From Euryarchaeota archaeon UBA62 (GTDB lineage Archaea > Thermoplasmatota > Poseidoniia > Poseidoniales > Thalassarchaeaceae): 64,000 nt of DNA. Position numbers and translations under genes: made by a program. The stretch lies in contig DAPJ01000022.1 in NCBI GenBank assembly GCA_002502095.1, positions 1,149-65,148 on the forward strand. Reading direction: 5' to 3'. The notes below the pieces were generated by a model that was not told the DNA's origin, made no database searches, and saw nothing but the letters and a program-made list of their open reading frames with translations. Shown piece after piece: positions 1 through 11,584 of this stretch (its first letter is position 1; every line of letters begins with the position of its first letter).

Positions 1-2566
1 TAATCTCCGCGAGACCCTTCTCACTTTCTAATGATGTTATTCTGATTGACTCTGGTAGTAAAATCTCGATAAATGCGGATGACTTAATAGTGCCAAAATT
101 AGTATGTTCCATGAGTGGCGTTACCCTCTGCCTGATATTCGAACCGTCTAGTAACAATCCTGATTCAGTTAGCAGAGGAGAGGGGAGTATGGATGTTATT
201 GCCATAGTAGGCATCATTGCCAAGGAGCGTGGGTTGGCCCCAACAATGATCTCATCCTGCCTTAGTGAGAAAGTGAGTTCCGCATCGTCTATCCTAGTGG
301 CTAATCTAATCGGTTCTTCATCTCCAATGAATGGGTCATCTCCCAAGGAGACCTCTCCAAAATCTGCTTGGAATGGTAGTGAAGAAAAATCTGCAGACAG
401 CGCAAAGTCTTGAGAACCGAGATTTATGCTGCCAAATTCATTCATCATTTCTTCGTATGACTCTGTTAGGTAATCTGATAGTTTCATCAGGCCCTCATTT
501 GAAACCTCGAAGTCAACTGGGTCGCCCACTCCGAAGTCTATTGTCGATTCAATTTCAGAATCTGCCAGTAGCCCTCCTTCCATTCTATCTCCCATCACCA
601 AGATTCTCCTTATTGCGTCTGATGGAATTGGGGACATTTTCACTCCCTCTATCTCCATATCTAACCCTAATCTGTAAATTTCTAGGATTATCGTAGATGT
701 GAATTCTATTGAAACTGATCCACTCAACTCGTGAACAGATACTTTGGAAACATCCATCTCAACCAGGAATGAGATACATGTCTTCTGGGTGGGGGCGCAT
801 ACTAGATCGATACTGTCCTCCTCACATGGGTCGGATATTCTACATATTGAATGCCGCCAGTCGAAGGGCCTAGATCCTTCGATTTCGATGCTCTTAGTTT
901 TAGTATCTCCATGATTGGATGTGAATACCAATACATCTGGTGTCTTTCCAGACGAATCCAACCATTCGGGTAAGTGAATTGTAACGCTAATATCAGTAGA
1001 AGGAAAGTCAATGGGAATTAAATCTTGGAAGAAGTCAGAGTCTACTTCGAATTCCAGGCTAAGAAAGCTCATTATTGTGGCAATATCATCATCGGAAATT
1101 TGTGAAAAATCTATTGTCGATAGGTCCCCATCTGTATTCTGTAAAAGCTGGTCAAAGATATTTGAAATCTGTATTTCAGAGGAGATTGTAGTGGATTGTA
1201 CAGTGATTGGGTAAGTACTGGACATCGTCCCAACAGGTCCGAGACAGTATCTGTAAGACAATTCTTCACCACAAGTCTCTACTTGCCTGTGTTGGAACAT
1301 TATTCCACCAGTATTGTTTGAGGTAGAGAAGGACGGGGTCTGAAAGACTATTTCTGCCCCTAGGAATTGAGAAAAGGTTTCTGAAAGTAAGTCAATAGGT
1401 AGAGACGATAGCATCTGATCGGCATCCACATCCATCTCGGAGTCGAACATCCTTATTCCATCAGAAGTCACTGAATCAAGACTGATGGTTTGAGTCTCTA
1501 GATCTAGTCCCCAATCCTCCAATGTTTCGGTACTTAGATGGTGAATCCCAATTTCCATATCTACATGGCTGTCCAAAGGATTCTCCAGATTTATTGAGAG
1601 ATCCAAACTCAGCGATGAGCCGGCATTGATTTCCCAATCTGGTGTAATGTCGCCAGATCCCAAGACAGCCACCAAGTCAGATATTATTGGACTATAATCG
1701 TGCGGAGAGTTGAGATTATCCAGAGCTATTCTAGCACCCAAAATTTGTGCTTGACCCTGTTCTGCTGAAAATACAGATGCTGGCTCGTCGACATGGATAA
1801 TGCTAGAATATGATGGTGGAACCATCACGTATTCGATGTAATGTCCAGATGGTGCAATCGTTGTGAAGTTAGTAGTTACCTCTCCCCCCATTGCAATTAG
1901 TCCCTGCATCACCCTATCGATATCTCCAGTTTCTGAGTTCATTCCTATGTTAGTTGGAATCACATCCAAGGTGAGGGCTGAATGAACACATATAGGAGGG
2001 TTGAAGGGGTCGTTTTCCAACCCATTCTCTTCATCTATTGAGTCAATATTGGGATTAAATGTACAGGAGGAGGGTTCCCGTCCAAAAAAATTGATTTCCG
2101 ATATAGTTTGGATAGGTCCAGACGTGGCATTGGGAAAATTCTCATCCACAATCTGTTGTATTACATCCTCAATCTTCTGAATTAATCTATCCTCAACAGA
2201 AAGGCCATTCTGAGAATAATCACGATAGTTACGGATAAAATCAGCTGGGATTCCATCAGATGGATCGCTATCTCCCTGCAAATCCAAATCTAGTAGTCCT
2301 AATTCTTCTCTTGAGAGCTCATGAACAGCCAGTTCAATACTCATCTCTATCGCCGAGGCCCCCTCCATGGAAATCGCCACGTGCCCCTCAATCCACTCGT
2401 CAATAAGAGTGGAATCCAGGCTAGAGGAGTAGTCATCGCATATTCCATTTCCATTTGCCCATGAAGAGCAGATTTCGTTTGAAACTTCAGAGTCCCCGGG
2501 AGGAGGAGCTGCATTGGCCAGTGGCGCAAATAGCAGAATGATGACCAGCGCGATGCATGTACGCAC
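1..2566 (-). CDS. Large secreted acidic protein, C-terminus beyond the left window edge (>=855 codons); absent from the supplied ORF track
   Basis: I checked the minus-strand frame codon by codon from GTG (2566-2564) to position 1 and found no stop. The N-terminus MRTCIALVIILLFAPLANA looks like a signal peptide. The protein is rich in D/E/S/T. Positions 1215-2346 contain no complete ORF >=60 aa in any frame, as expected if an open-ended ORF occupies them. Confidence 0.8.
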   Translation of the reverse strand, partial: MRTCIALVIILLFAPLANAAPPPGDSEVSNEICSSWANGNGICDDYSSSLDSTLIDEWIEGHVAISMEGASAIEMSIELAVHELSREELGLLDLDLQGDSDPSDGIPADFIRNYRDYSQNGLSVEDRLIQKIEDVIQQIVDENFPNATSGPIQTISEINFFGREPSSCTFNPNIDSIDEENGLENDPFNPPICVHSALTLDVIPTNIGMNSETGDIDRVMQGLIAMGGEVTTNFTTIAPSGHYIEYVMVPPSYSSIIHVDEPASVFSAEQGQAQILGARIALDNLNSPHDYSPIISDLVAVLGSGDITPDWEINAGSSLSLDLSINLENPLDSHVDMEIGIHHLSTETLEDWGLDLETQTISLDSVTSDGIRMFDSEMDVDADQMLSSLPIDLLSETFSQFLGAEIVFQTPSFSTSNNTGGIMFQHRQVETCGEELSYRYCLGPVGTMSSTYPITVQSTTISSEIQISNIFDQLLQNTDGDLSTIDFSQISDDDIATIMSFLSLEFEVDSDFFQDLIPIDFPSTDISVTIHLPEWLDSSGKTPDVLVFTSNHGDTKTKSIEIEGSRPFDWRHSICRISDPCEEDSIDLVCAPTQKTCISFLVEMDVSKVSVHELSGSVSIEFTSTIILEIYRLGLDMEIEGVKMSPIPSDAIRRILVMGDRMEGGLLADSEIESTIDFGVGDPVDFEVSNEGLMKLSDYLTESYEEMMNEFGSINLGSQDFALSADFSSLPFQADFGEVSLGDDPFIGDEEPIRLATRIDDAELTFSLRQDEIIVGANPRSLAMMPTMAITSILPSPLLTESGLLLDGSNIRQRVTPLMEHTNFGTIKSSAFIEILLPESIRITSLESEKGLAEI

Positions 2567-2624
2567 AACAGTTGGAGCGTGTGATATACCATAAGTCTGA
2601 ATCAGTGATGTTCGCCCGAGATAT

Positions 2625-3485
2625 ATGGCTGGCAGGGGCCCACATGAGCGTTTACACGATTCTATTTCCTCATTTCTCGGTAAAAATCCTCCTTCAGAGA
2701 TACCCAAGAAGTGGGAGAGGTTCTCTGATATTGCGATATTGCCATCTGGGTCTTTCAGAGATGAGTCCTGGGAGAATGTAGTCGGACCTGATCTCTGGAA
2801 AGCAGTCGCTCAAGGACTCAATGTTGAGAGGCTTGGGGTAATGGGGGAGGTGACTGGTAGAATACGAAAGAGTGGTGTTAAGATGCTACTAGGAGATGAT
2901 GACTGGGTTGTGAGAAGAGAGAATGGAGTCGACTACGGCTATCATGTGACAAAGTGTATGTTCTCGGCGGGTAATGTGAATGAGAGGAGGCGGATGGGAG
3001 AGATTGTGAGAAGAGGAGAAGTGGTAGTCGATTTGTTCGCTGGGATAGGATACTACTCCCTCCCAATTCTAGTGCACTCGGAAGTGGAACATGTCCACTG
3101 TTGTGAGTGGAATAATGATGCTGTGGAGTCTCTTGAGTGGAGTCTAAAAAGTAACAATGTTTCTTCCCTTTGTACGGTACATAGAGGCGATAACAGGGAG
3201 ACATCCAAGTCAATTGGAAAGGTTGCTGATAGGGTTATTATGGGCTTACTTCCTACTTCTGAGAGGAGTTTTGAGGCGGCTATGGAAGTACTCTCTGATT
3301 CGGGAGGAGTGATTCACATCCATGGCCTAGCGAAGCCAGATGAATACTCTGAATGGGCAGAAGAGGTTATGACGAGGATTTGTAATTTTAGAGAGGGTTC
3401 CCGAGCAAGAAAAATTGCAGTCAATCGAATAAAGAGCTATGCTCCCAGATGGGATCATGTAGTTCTGGATGTGGAAATAAATTAG
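2625..3485 (+). CDS. Trm5/TYW2 (Met-10+) family SAM-dependent tRNA methyltransferase/aminocarboxypropyltransferase, Taw2-like
   Basis: MFSAGNVNERRR (the MFSxGNxxER motif) and the SAM-binding motif VVDLFAGIGYYSLP are typical of Trm5/Tyw2. The N-terminal WERFSDIAILP resembles TYW2. Taw1 lies 9 kb away. Confidence 0.7.
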   Translation: MAGRGPHERLHDSISSFLGKNPPSEIPKKWERFSDIAILPSGSFRDESWENVVGPDLWKAVAQGLNVERLGVMGEVTGRIRKSGVKMLLGDDDWVVRRENGVDYGYHVTKCMFSAGNVNERRRMGEIVRRGEVVVDLFAGIGYYSLPILVHSEVEHVHCCEWNNDAVESLEWSLKSNNVSSLCTVHRGDNRETSKSIGKVADRVIMGLLPTSERSFEAAMEVLSDSGGVIHIHGLAKPDEYSEWAEEVMTRICNFREGSRARKIAVNRIKSYAPRWDHVVLDVEIN

Positions 3486-3523
3486 TCCGTTGAACTCAAG
3501 TCGTGTAACCCTCCCCGAATGGT

Positions 3524-4231
3524 ATGGCTGATGACTGGCTAGAGCGCTCAGCCGCATCATACAACAAGTATTCTCTGGATTCCAAGGATGACTATGCGGC
3601 AATACTCCTAATGCCGGTCGATACGCTCTCAGAAATTATCGAGTGGACATTCAGATCCCTTCCTGATGAGATACTTGTTGGAATCGATCCCGATGTTAGC
3701 CGACCCCATCCGGATGGAGTAAACAGGAGATTCACTGGATCTGACTTCCAGTCAGGTTTATTCGCAGGGCAAGGGTATGTTCTTGGGGCACCTCATCTTG
3801 TAAACAGAGGGGACTCATTCTCTGTCCACCATGTTCCTGAAGAGTGGATTGATGGAATTTTCACAGAAGACAGGGGGTCAAGAGGAGGAAGATTCACTCA
3901 CTGGATTCATTCCCATCCAAATGCGGTTGCGGTTCCCAGTGAGGCTGATGCTGATGCAGCACAGTGGACGGAGGGATGTGATATGATTCTTGGAGTCAGA
4001 TTCTCCCCAGAAGGTTTACTGCCCTGGTTCGATGAGGTCGGAGGCACTAGGAGGAGGCTTTCTCCGGGTAGTAATTCTGTAAAATCAGACAAAGGAAACG
4101 ATAGTCTCCCAGTAATTGGTAGAGCTGTAACAGGACATCTGATTCATGGACTTGAGGTTATAGCATTTCATAGAACCGGACTAGGTGTTAATCTAATTAT
4201 TACAGATTCTGAAGGGGTTCCCATTGAGTAG
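3524..4231 (+). CDS. JAMM/MPN+ domain metalloprotease-like protein (long form)
   Basis: An exact HxHx7Sx2D motif is present: HSHPNAVAVPSEAD (nt about 3908-3949). The flanking N- and C-terminal regions have no motif I recognise. Confidence 0.6.
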   Translation: MADDWLERSAASYNKYSLDSKDDYAAILLMPVDTLSEIIEWTFRSLPDEILVGIDPDVSRPHPDGVNRRFTGSDFQSGLFAGQGYVLGAPHLVNRGDSFSVHHVPEEWIDGIFTEDRGSRGGRFTHWIHSHPNAVAVPSEADADAAQWTEGCDMILGVRFSPEGLLPWFDEVGGTRRRLSPGSNSVKSDKGNDSLPVIGRAVTGHLIHGLEVIAFHRTGLGVNLIITDSEGVPIE

Positions 4232-4234
4232 TTT

Positions 4235-4768
4235 TCAGTCTCTGAAAACATGCTCTCTAAGATGGGCTAGCTCTTCGATACTACCTCTGATGTCATCGAG
4301 AGCCCTATGACCCGATGGTTTGGAGAATCTGGGAGCATTTGGGTACCATCTTCTGGCTATTTCCTTGACGGATGTAACGTCGACGCTTCTGTAGTGGAAG
4401 AATTCATGTAGCTCGGGCATATACCTCCTGAGAAACCTCCTATCTTGCCCTATTGTATTGCCGCACAGGGGGGGAACCCCAGCTAAGCAGTGCTCCATTA
4501 GAAACTCCAAAGTCAGCCTCTCTGCCTCTGCTATTGGCACACCATCGGATCTGACCCTCTTCAAGAGGCCGTTCTTGGTATGGTGCGTGATATTCCAATC
4601 ATCCATCTTCTCCAATTCTGACTCTGGCTGGAAAATGGCCAAAGAGGGCCCTTCAGAGACCAAAGTTAGGTCCCCCTCTGTGACTATGGTTGCTATTTCG
4701 ATTATTTTATTCTCTATCGGATCGAGACCTGTCATCTCCAAATCTATCCAGACCAGTCTGTCCTCCAT
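4235..4768 (-). CDS. orn: Oligoribonuclease (DEDDh 3'-5' exonuclease)
   Basis: LVWIDLEMTGLDP, GNTIGQDRRFL and HRALDDIRGSIEEL match Orn/REXO2 along the whole length. The track ORF extends to 4819, but the conserved N-terminus begins at the internal Met (MEDRLVWIDLE). Confidence 0.85.
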   Translation of the reverse strand: MEDRLVWIDLEMTGLDPIENKIIEIATIVTEGDLTLVSEGPSLAIFQPESELEKMDDWNITHHTKNGLLKRVRSDGVPIAEAERLTLEFLMEHCLAGVPPLCGNTIGQDRRFLRRYMPELHEFFHYRSVDVTSVKEIARRWYPNAPRFSKPSGHRALDDIRGSIEELAHLREHVFRD

Positions 4769-4837
4769 GCGTCCGGCGGGAGAGTGTGCGAGTCTTGAGT
4801 GTTGGGGGGCCACAATCATAGGGCTGTCTGCTCGCGC

Positions 4838-6106
4838 ATGGCCATGGCTGGAGTAAGCTACATCGGACTTCTCAGATCCAATGCTCCCTACAGAAGGCTA
4901 TTCACTGCCAATGAGATTTCTTACGTCGGAGATTGGTTCTCAATGATTGCCCTATTCCTTCTAGCGGGCGAGGCCTCTGATAATTCCCCTTTGGCTATAG
5001 CAGGAGTTCTCGCCACTAGGAGCTTTACCTTCGCTCCCCTAGAGCCACTCACGGGAATGCTGGCGGATAGATATCCTAGAAAGTGGCTCATGGTACTTGG
5101 TAATGTTTGGTCATTTACGATTCTGATAACTGCTCTATCTCTCGGTGCACTGGACAGTCTGGCATCGGTATACCTCCTTGGCATGGGCATGGTCGTCGGT
5201 AGAGCAATATCCTCCAATGCGGAATCTGCTTATGTTCCGAATATTTGTACAAAGGAGGAGTTGCTCTCTGCAAATGCCCTATCTTCGGGAGGATGGTCTG
5301 CTGCCATGGGAATAGGAGCTGGAATTGGCGGTCTAACCATCTCACAATATGGAATAGAGACTGCACTTTGGATTGATTCGGTAACTTTTCTTGTTGCTAT
5401 TATTCTAATCATGACCCTACCGCACGGAGGTCCTGAGAAATCTGGAAGCTTGTCCAGTAATCCTAGAGCTATGCTTGAAGAGATTCTTTCTGGATGGAAG
5501 TATATCCTGTCGAAGCCTTCTATCAGGAGAGTGGTCTTGGCGAAGGCCATGTGGGCTTCGGGAGGAGGTGCACAGGTGTTTCTACTGATCCTAATAGGTA
5601 GGGAGGCTGGTTTTGGGGATGTCGCCGCTGGGATAGGTATACTGTACATGGCTAGAGGATTCGGATCAGGATTTGGACCAATAGTAAGTCGACGGTTCAT
5701 GAGTAATGGCAGGCTAGTGCCATATCTTCTGGGAGGGGTACTGATAATCAGCGGTGCCTTCTACATGGCAGTAGCGGTTTCTGAGTGGACGATGATAATA
5801 CTAGTCTATGTTTTCATATCTCACGCGGCTAGCGGAGTAAATTGGGTACTGTCAACTACAATGCTACAGAAGAGGAGTGAGGACGAGTGGTTGGGAAGGG
5901 TATTCGGTACTGACTCACTTGGAATAACAATGACAATGGGGTTATCAACAGTAGCCGCTGGATTGATTCTGGAAAATGACCTACTCACACTTAGGGAGAC
6001 GATAATAGCAACTGGGACTTTGCAAATATTGGCGGGTCTGCTATGGGTATTACTCGCTACACCCAGTGAGAAGAAGATGCTAGATGAGTCTGTCCAGCCC
6101 AATTAG
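4838..6106 (+). CDS. MFS transporter (about 12 TM)
   Basis: The protein is polytopic and hydrophobic. The DRYPRKWLM loop between TM2 and TM3 is typical of MFS. The track start is 4799, but the ATG at 4838 (MAMAGVS) avoids overlap with the divergent orn. Confidence 0.65.
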   Translation: MAMAGVSYIGLLRSNAPYRRLFTANEISYVGDWFSMIALFLLAGEASDNSPLAIAGVLATRSFTFAPLEPLTGMLADRYPRKWLMVLGNVWSFTILITALSLGALDSLASVYLLGMGMVVGRAISSNAESAYVPNICTKEELLSANALSSGGWSAAMGIGAGIGGLTISQYGIETALWIDSVTFLVAIILIMTLPHGGPEKSGSLSSNPRAMLEEILSGWKYILSKPSIRRVVLAKAMWASGGGAQVFLLILIGREAGFGDVAAGIGILYMARGFGSGFGPIVSRRFMSNGRLVPYLLGGVLIISGAFYMAVAVSEWTMIILVYVFISHAASGVNWVLSTTMLQKRSEDEWLGRVFGTDSLGITMTMGLSTVAAGLILENDLLTLRETIIATGTLQILAGLLWVLLATPSEKKMLDESVQPN

Positions 6107-6898
6107 TACAACTATTGGGGCAATTGAAAAAATGACATTCTGAAGTAGTGACTTTGCTGATGCTTGAACTCTATTAGTAACACGGTCCTGTATCTCTCTA
6201 TCCAGTCTTTCCATGGCGACAGTAGCTGGTTCCCTTACCCTCCCTAGGATTTCCTCCAATGCATCGGCGCCCCTGTCTAATAGAGAGTATATCACCTCAG
6301 TCATAGGGTTTGTTTCTGGTACTATGGTTGCTTCCCCATCTACCTCAAAGTCTACTTCCATTACTTCTCTCCAAGGTCGAGGAATGCCTGAATCACTGAC
6401 ATTTTGGAGGATATTTCTTCCTACTACTGCTCCTTGGACTACCATCTTTGCCGTTGAAAGATTATACTTTGCAATTGACTGAATATCCCTTCTCGATCTC
6501 ATGACCTTTGAAAAATCTGAGAATAGCCACACCGCCCCAGCAAGAAGGAGGAGGGCAACTCCCAAATCTGGGGTATCATCCCATGTCGGCCAGCCAATTG
6601 GTCCAAGCCAATAACGTGCACCAATCGCAACTATAGCTGGTAAAATAAATGACATTGTCTCATTCACTAATATTAGCCAGAACCCCTTGACAGGCAATGA
6701 TTTTATTTTGGTCAAGAACCACCTAACATGCTTTGTCCTCTCACCTGGTGGAGCATAGGTGTTAATGAGGTCGATTAATGGTGGAGCGACAAAAACTAGT
6801 CTCAGAATAAAGGGTACCGCGAGCATCAGAATGTAGGCATCCCAAGGAGAAGCCGGGGGGAGACTTGGCATTGCGAAGGCATCAGCCATGTGAGTCAC
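6080..6898 (-). CDS. Hypothetical membrane protein
   Basis: Long ORF with several hydrophobic segments and a charged C-terminal half. No recognisable motif. Confidence 0.45.
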   Translation of the reverse strand: MTHMADAFAMPSLPPASPWDAYILMLAVPFILRLVFVAPPLIDLINTYAPPGERTKHVRWFLTKIKSLPVKGFWLILVNETMSFILPAIVAIGARYWLGPIGWPTWDDTPDLGVALLLLAGAVWLFSDFSKVMRSRRDIQSIAKYNLSTAKMVVQGAVVGRNILQNVSDSGIPRPWREVMEVDFEVDGEATIVPETNPMTEVIYSLLDRGADALEEILGRVREPATVAMERLDREIQDRVTNRVQASAKSLLQNVIFSIAPIVVLIGLDRLI

Positions 6899-6930
6899 AA
6901 GGGAAGGTCAGCAATCAACCTCTCTACGAA

Positions 6931-7392
6931 TTAACGAGCATAGCTTGTGGCTAATGCCTCTGCCTGATTCATCGCCGCCCTCAGTAGAAAGAATGCCACT
7001 ATGCAACCTGCAAAGAAGCTCCCTCCGACATACACGTGGGTCTCAAACATCAGAATTCCTATAGCTGTAAGAGACAGATATGATATGGTCTGGCATATCA
7101 AGGATAGCCTCTGCAGCATTATGAATTCTATCTCATGAACGTTAGATGCTTCTTGTATGTAGGAGTTGATGAGGAAGAATATTGCTTGGAAAGGTAGAGC
7201 GGCTGCTAGTACTGCCAAACATGCTACGGTTATCATCCCAGGATCAACAGGATCTAGCTCTAAACCCCTGAATAGTAAATTACCGGTATTCAGACCAATT
7301 ATGGCTGCATGGATTGCCCATGCCTTGTCGGCTGGGACATCATCATCATCATCCCTTCTGGGAACGACCATGGAAGGCTGCATCCCAATCAA
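6931..7392 (-). CDS. Hypothetical membrane protein (about 4 TM)
   Basis: The ORF follows the strand of its neighbours. It has an acidic N-terminus (DDDDD) followed by hydrophobic helices. Confidence 0.45.
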   Translation of the reverse strand: MIGMQPSMVVPRRDDDDDVPADKAWAIHAAIIGLNTGNLLFRGLELDPVDPGMITVACLAVLAAALPFQAIFFLINSYIQEASNVHEIEFIMLQRLSLICQTISYLSLTAIGILMFETHVYVGGSFFAGCIVAFFLLRAAMNQAEALATSYAR

Positions 7393-7454
7393 GAATTGAA
7401 GGTTGCCCCAGTGAAGGCTTAGCTAGTGTGAGTTAGTAGACGGATGGCGAGAGC

Positions 7455-8472
7455 TCAGATATTCGGAGCCCTTCCTCTCATCATTCTCCTCCATAGTGGA
7501 GGAAATAGACATGGCCACCAGCATGCGTAGTATCCTGATGGCAATCTGGGAGCGTCTTGATACGGCCTAAGTTTCCAGAAAGGAACAGATGCGTGGAGAT
7601 GGTGATCAGAATGCCTAGTCAGCTCCAGGAGACTCCACCTAGACCATCTAGCCTCTGTATTCCAAGCGTGTCCTTCTTCGAACCTCCCTCCATTCTCTCT
7701 CCTCAGTCCCCAGTGGCGTATGTAATTGACATATTCGAGGGTGAGTATAGCAATACCTGAGGCTATTATCCAACCAATTAGAACGGGTGCCGCCCAGTAA
7801 ATCCCTGCATAGTGCAAGATAACCAGAATTGATACACACAGCAATTGGAGGGCGAGGCCCCTCCATGATGGATTTCTGAAACCAGTTCTGCCCTTCCTGT
7901 TGTGTACCCTGACAGAAGATAGGAATTGTCCAGGTATGGTTCTAACCCAGAATGACCAGATGCTCTGCTCGTAGGTCGCACTGGCTGGGTCTTTGTCTGT
8001 AGCTACGTTCTTGTGATGATTATGATTGTGCTCAGTAGTGAAATGAGTGTAGTTTATACTGAAAAGAAGGGCTCTCGCCAATCTCCACCCAGGACTTTTG
8101 GGCCTCTGGTGCCCTAGCTCATGTGCGGTAACAATAGCCGAGGCGGCTGCAACCAGACCTGTTGATAGAGATGCTGCTAACAGCCAGCGGGTAATTCCCT
8201 CGCTTGCGACGAAGTAGAAGAACGTCGCCAGCATCACGAAGTGCAATATTCCATGGACCCAGAGTAGCCTCTCAAAGGGAGTACCGGACTCTCGAGGGGG
8301 TCTAGGCGACTCCGACTCCCCGAAGAGGACATCAAGGATGGGGCTCAATACCCAAATGAACAGAACGCCGGACAGGGTGTAGGCACCACCTAACACATTT
8401 CCAGTAATTGCTAGCATGGGACTTATGAGTCCCAGTAGGTGAACAGACCAAGGTTCCGGAGCCAGCGTAGTG

Positions 8473-8480
<8 letters not shown>
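7455..8480 (-). CDS. AlkB-like integral-membrane di-iron hydroxylase (alkane 1-monooxygenase / fatty-acid desaturase superfamily)
   Basis: All four AlkB signature motifs occur in order: HELGH, EHNHNHH, NYIRHWGL and HSDHH. N-terminal TM helices are present. Confidence 0.8.
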
Positions 8481-10558
<2,078 letters not shown>

Positions 10559-10560
10559 CT

Positions 10561-11181
10561 ATGAGAGTAGAGTCTCCGTACTCTCCAATCTCTGAACCAT
10601 CGTCGTGGTGGCTAAAGGGACTAGCTATTTTCATGGGAGTTATTTCACTTTTCATGGTTTTAGGAACATTTTCCGCGATTGCATCGCCAGTTCTTGTGGA
10701 TAGGCTGTTACCAGACAATTACGAAGAAATAGAGCCTTATCCAGTGAATGGTTCTGAGGAGGAGAAAGCTGAATGGGGGGAGAATGAAGTATTCTGGGAT
10801 GAGTTGGTCGAGTATTATGATGAGATGATGGGATTGGTAGAACTACAAGGATTACACAGTGCGATCCTAGCATTTGTAGGACTCTTCAGTACTGTGGTTC
10901 TTTGGAAAGGGGACAGGGAGCTTGGAATAAAGCTGGTTGGAGCTTGGATAGGGATTAATACCCTGGGCGGCGCTGGGCTTTTTTGGATGATGTCTAGGAT
11001 CGGATTTATACCTGATTTTGCTAATAGTAACCAAGACGTTGAGGTAATTGATCTATCTTTCATAGAAAACCTAACATTGGTCATAGGAGGGGGTCAGATA
11101 ATCATTTGCAATGGGATTTTTCTTGCAATCTTGGCCCTAGTTTCCATGAAGTCCAAGCCAGAGGTTGTACTAAGAGAATAG
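10561..11181 (+). CDS. Hypothetical membrane protein
   Basis: Several TM segments flank an acidic loop (EEIEPYPVNGSEEEKAEWGENE). No recognisable motif. Confidence 0.45.
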   Translation: MRVESPYSPISEPSSWWLKGLAIFMGVISLFMVLGTFSAIASPVLVDRLLPDNYEEIEPYPVNGSEEEKAEWGENEVFWDELVEYYDEMMGLVELQGLHSAILAFVGLFSTVVLWKGDRELGIKLVGAWIGINTLGGAGLFWMMSRIGFIPDFANSNQDVEVIDLSFIENLTLVIGGGQIIICNGIFLAILALVSMKSKPEVVLRE

Positions 11182-11229
11182 TCTTCTCGAATGGATAAGC
11201 CATTACATTGAAGAGCCCTCCTCTCTAGA

Positions 11230-11574
11230 TTGGCCCTCATGGAACAAGTAGTGAATGGCATCCTGGTGGTCAATACAGAGACTATCCCAGGCAAGGTGAT
11301 TACCGAAGCGATGGGAGTAGTTAGTGGATCGACAGTGAGGGCAAAAAACGTTGGAAAGGATATCTTTGCCGGATTGAAGAATATTGTAGGTGGTGAGTTG
11401 ACTCAATACACCGAGCTTCTTCAGGAGTCTCGCAATGAGGCAGTCGGAAGAATGGTGGCGGATGCGATATCAATTGGGGCCACGGCAGTTGTCAATGTCA
11501 GATTCGCTACCTCAGCTATCACGTCTGGAGCCGCCGAGCTATTCGCTTATGGAACTGCGGTCAAATACGAATAG
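11230..11574 (+). CDS. YbjQ/UPF0145 (DUF74) family protein
   Basis: It is co-linear with E. coli YbjQ: GxxIxExxGvVxG, DIFAGLKNIVGGE, the Y.ELL..R.EA helix, AVVNVRF, and a C-terminal YGTAVKYE. Confidence 0.8.
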   Translation: MALMEQVVNGILVVNTETIPGKVITEAMGVVSGSTVRAKNVGKDIFAGLKNIVGGELTQYTELLQESRNEAVGRMVADAISIGATAVVNVRFATSAITSGAAELFAYGTAVKYE

Positions 11575-11584
11575 GTGTGGAACA

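Noticed and set aside
90-1214. Track ORFs 90..413(+), 331..696(+), 802..1011(-) and 1011..1214(+)
   Set aside because: All are short and lie entirely inside the 855-codon open-ended minus-strand ORF (1..2566). That ORF has a signal peptide and a consistent acidic composition. These are shadow ORFs.
2347-2592. Track ORF 2347..2592(-), 81 aa
   Set aside because: It is in a different frame from the long minus-strand ORF and overlaps that ORF's 5' end. It has no SD or signal features and ends after 81 codons.
11435-11584. The 5' extension of the track ORF 11435..12214, which overlaps the YbjQ gene
   Set aside because: The extension overlaps 140 nt of the well-supported upstream gene in another frame. 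The internal ATG at 11585 directly precedes a signal/TM segment, 11 nt after the upstream stop.
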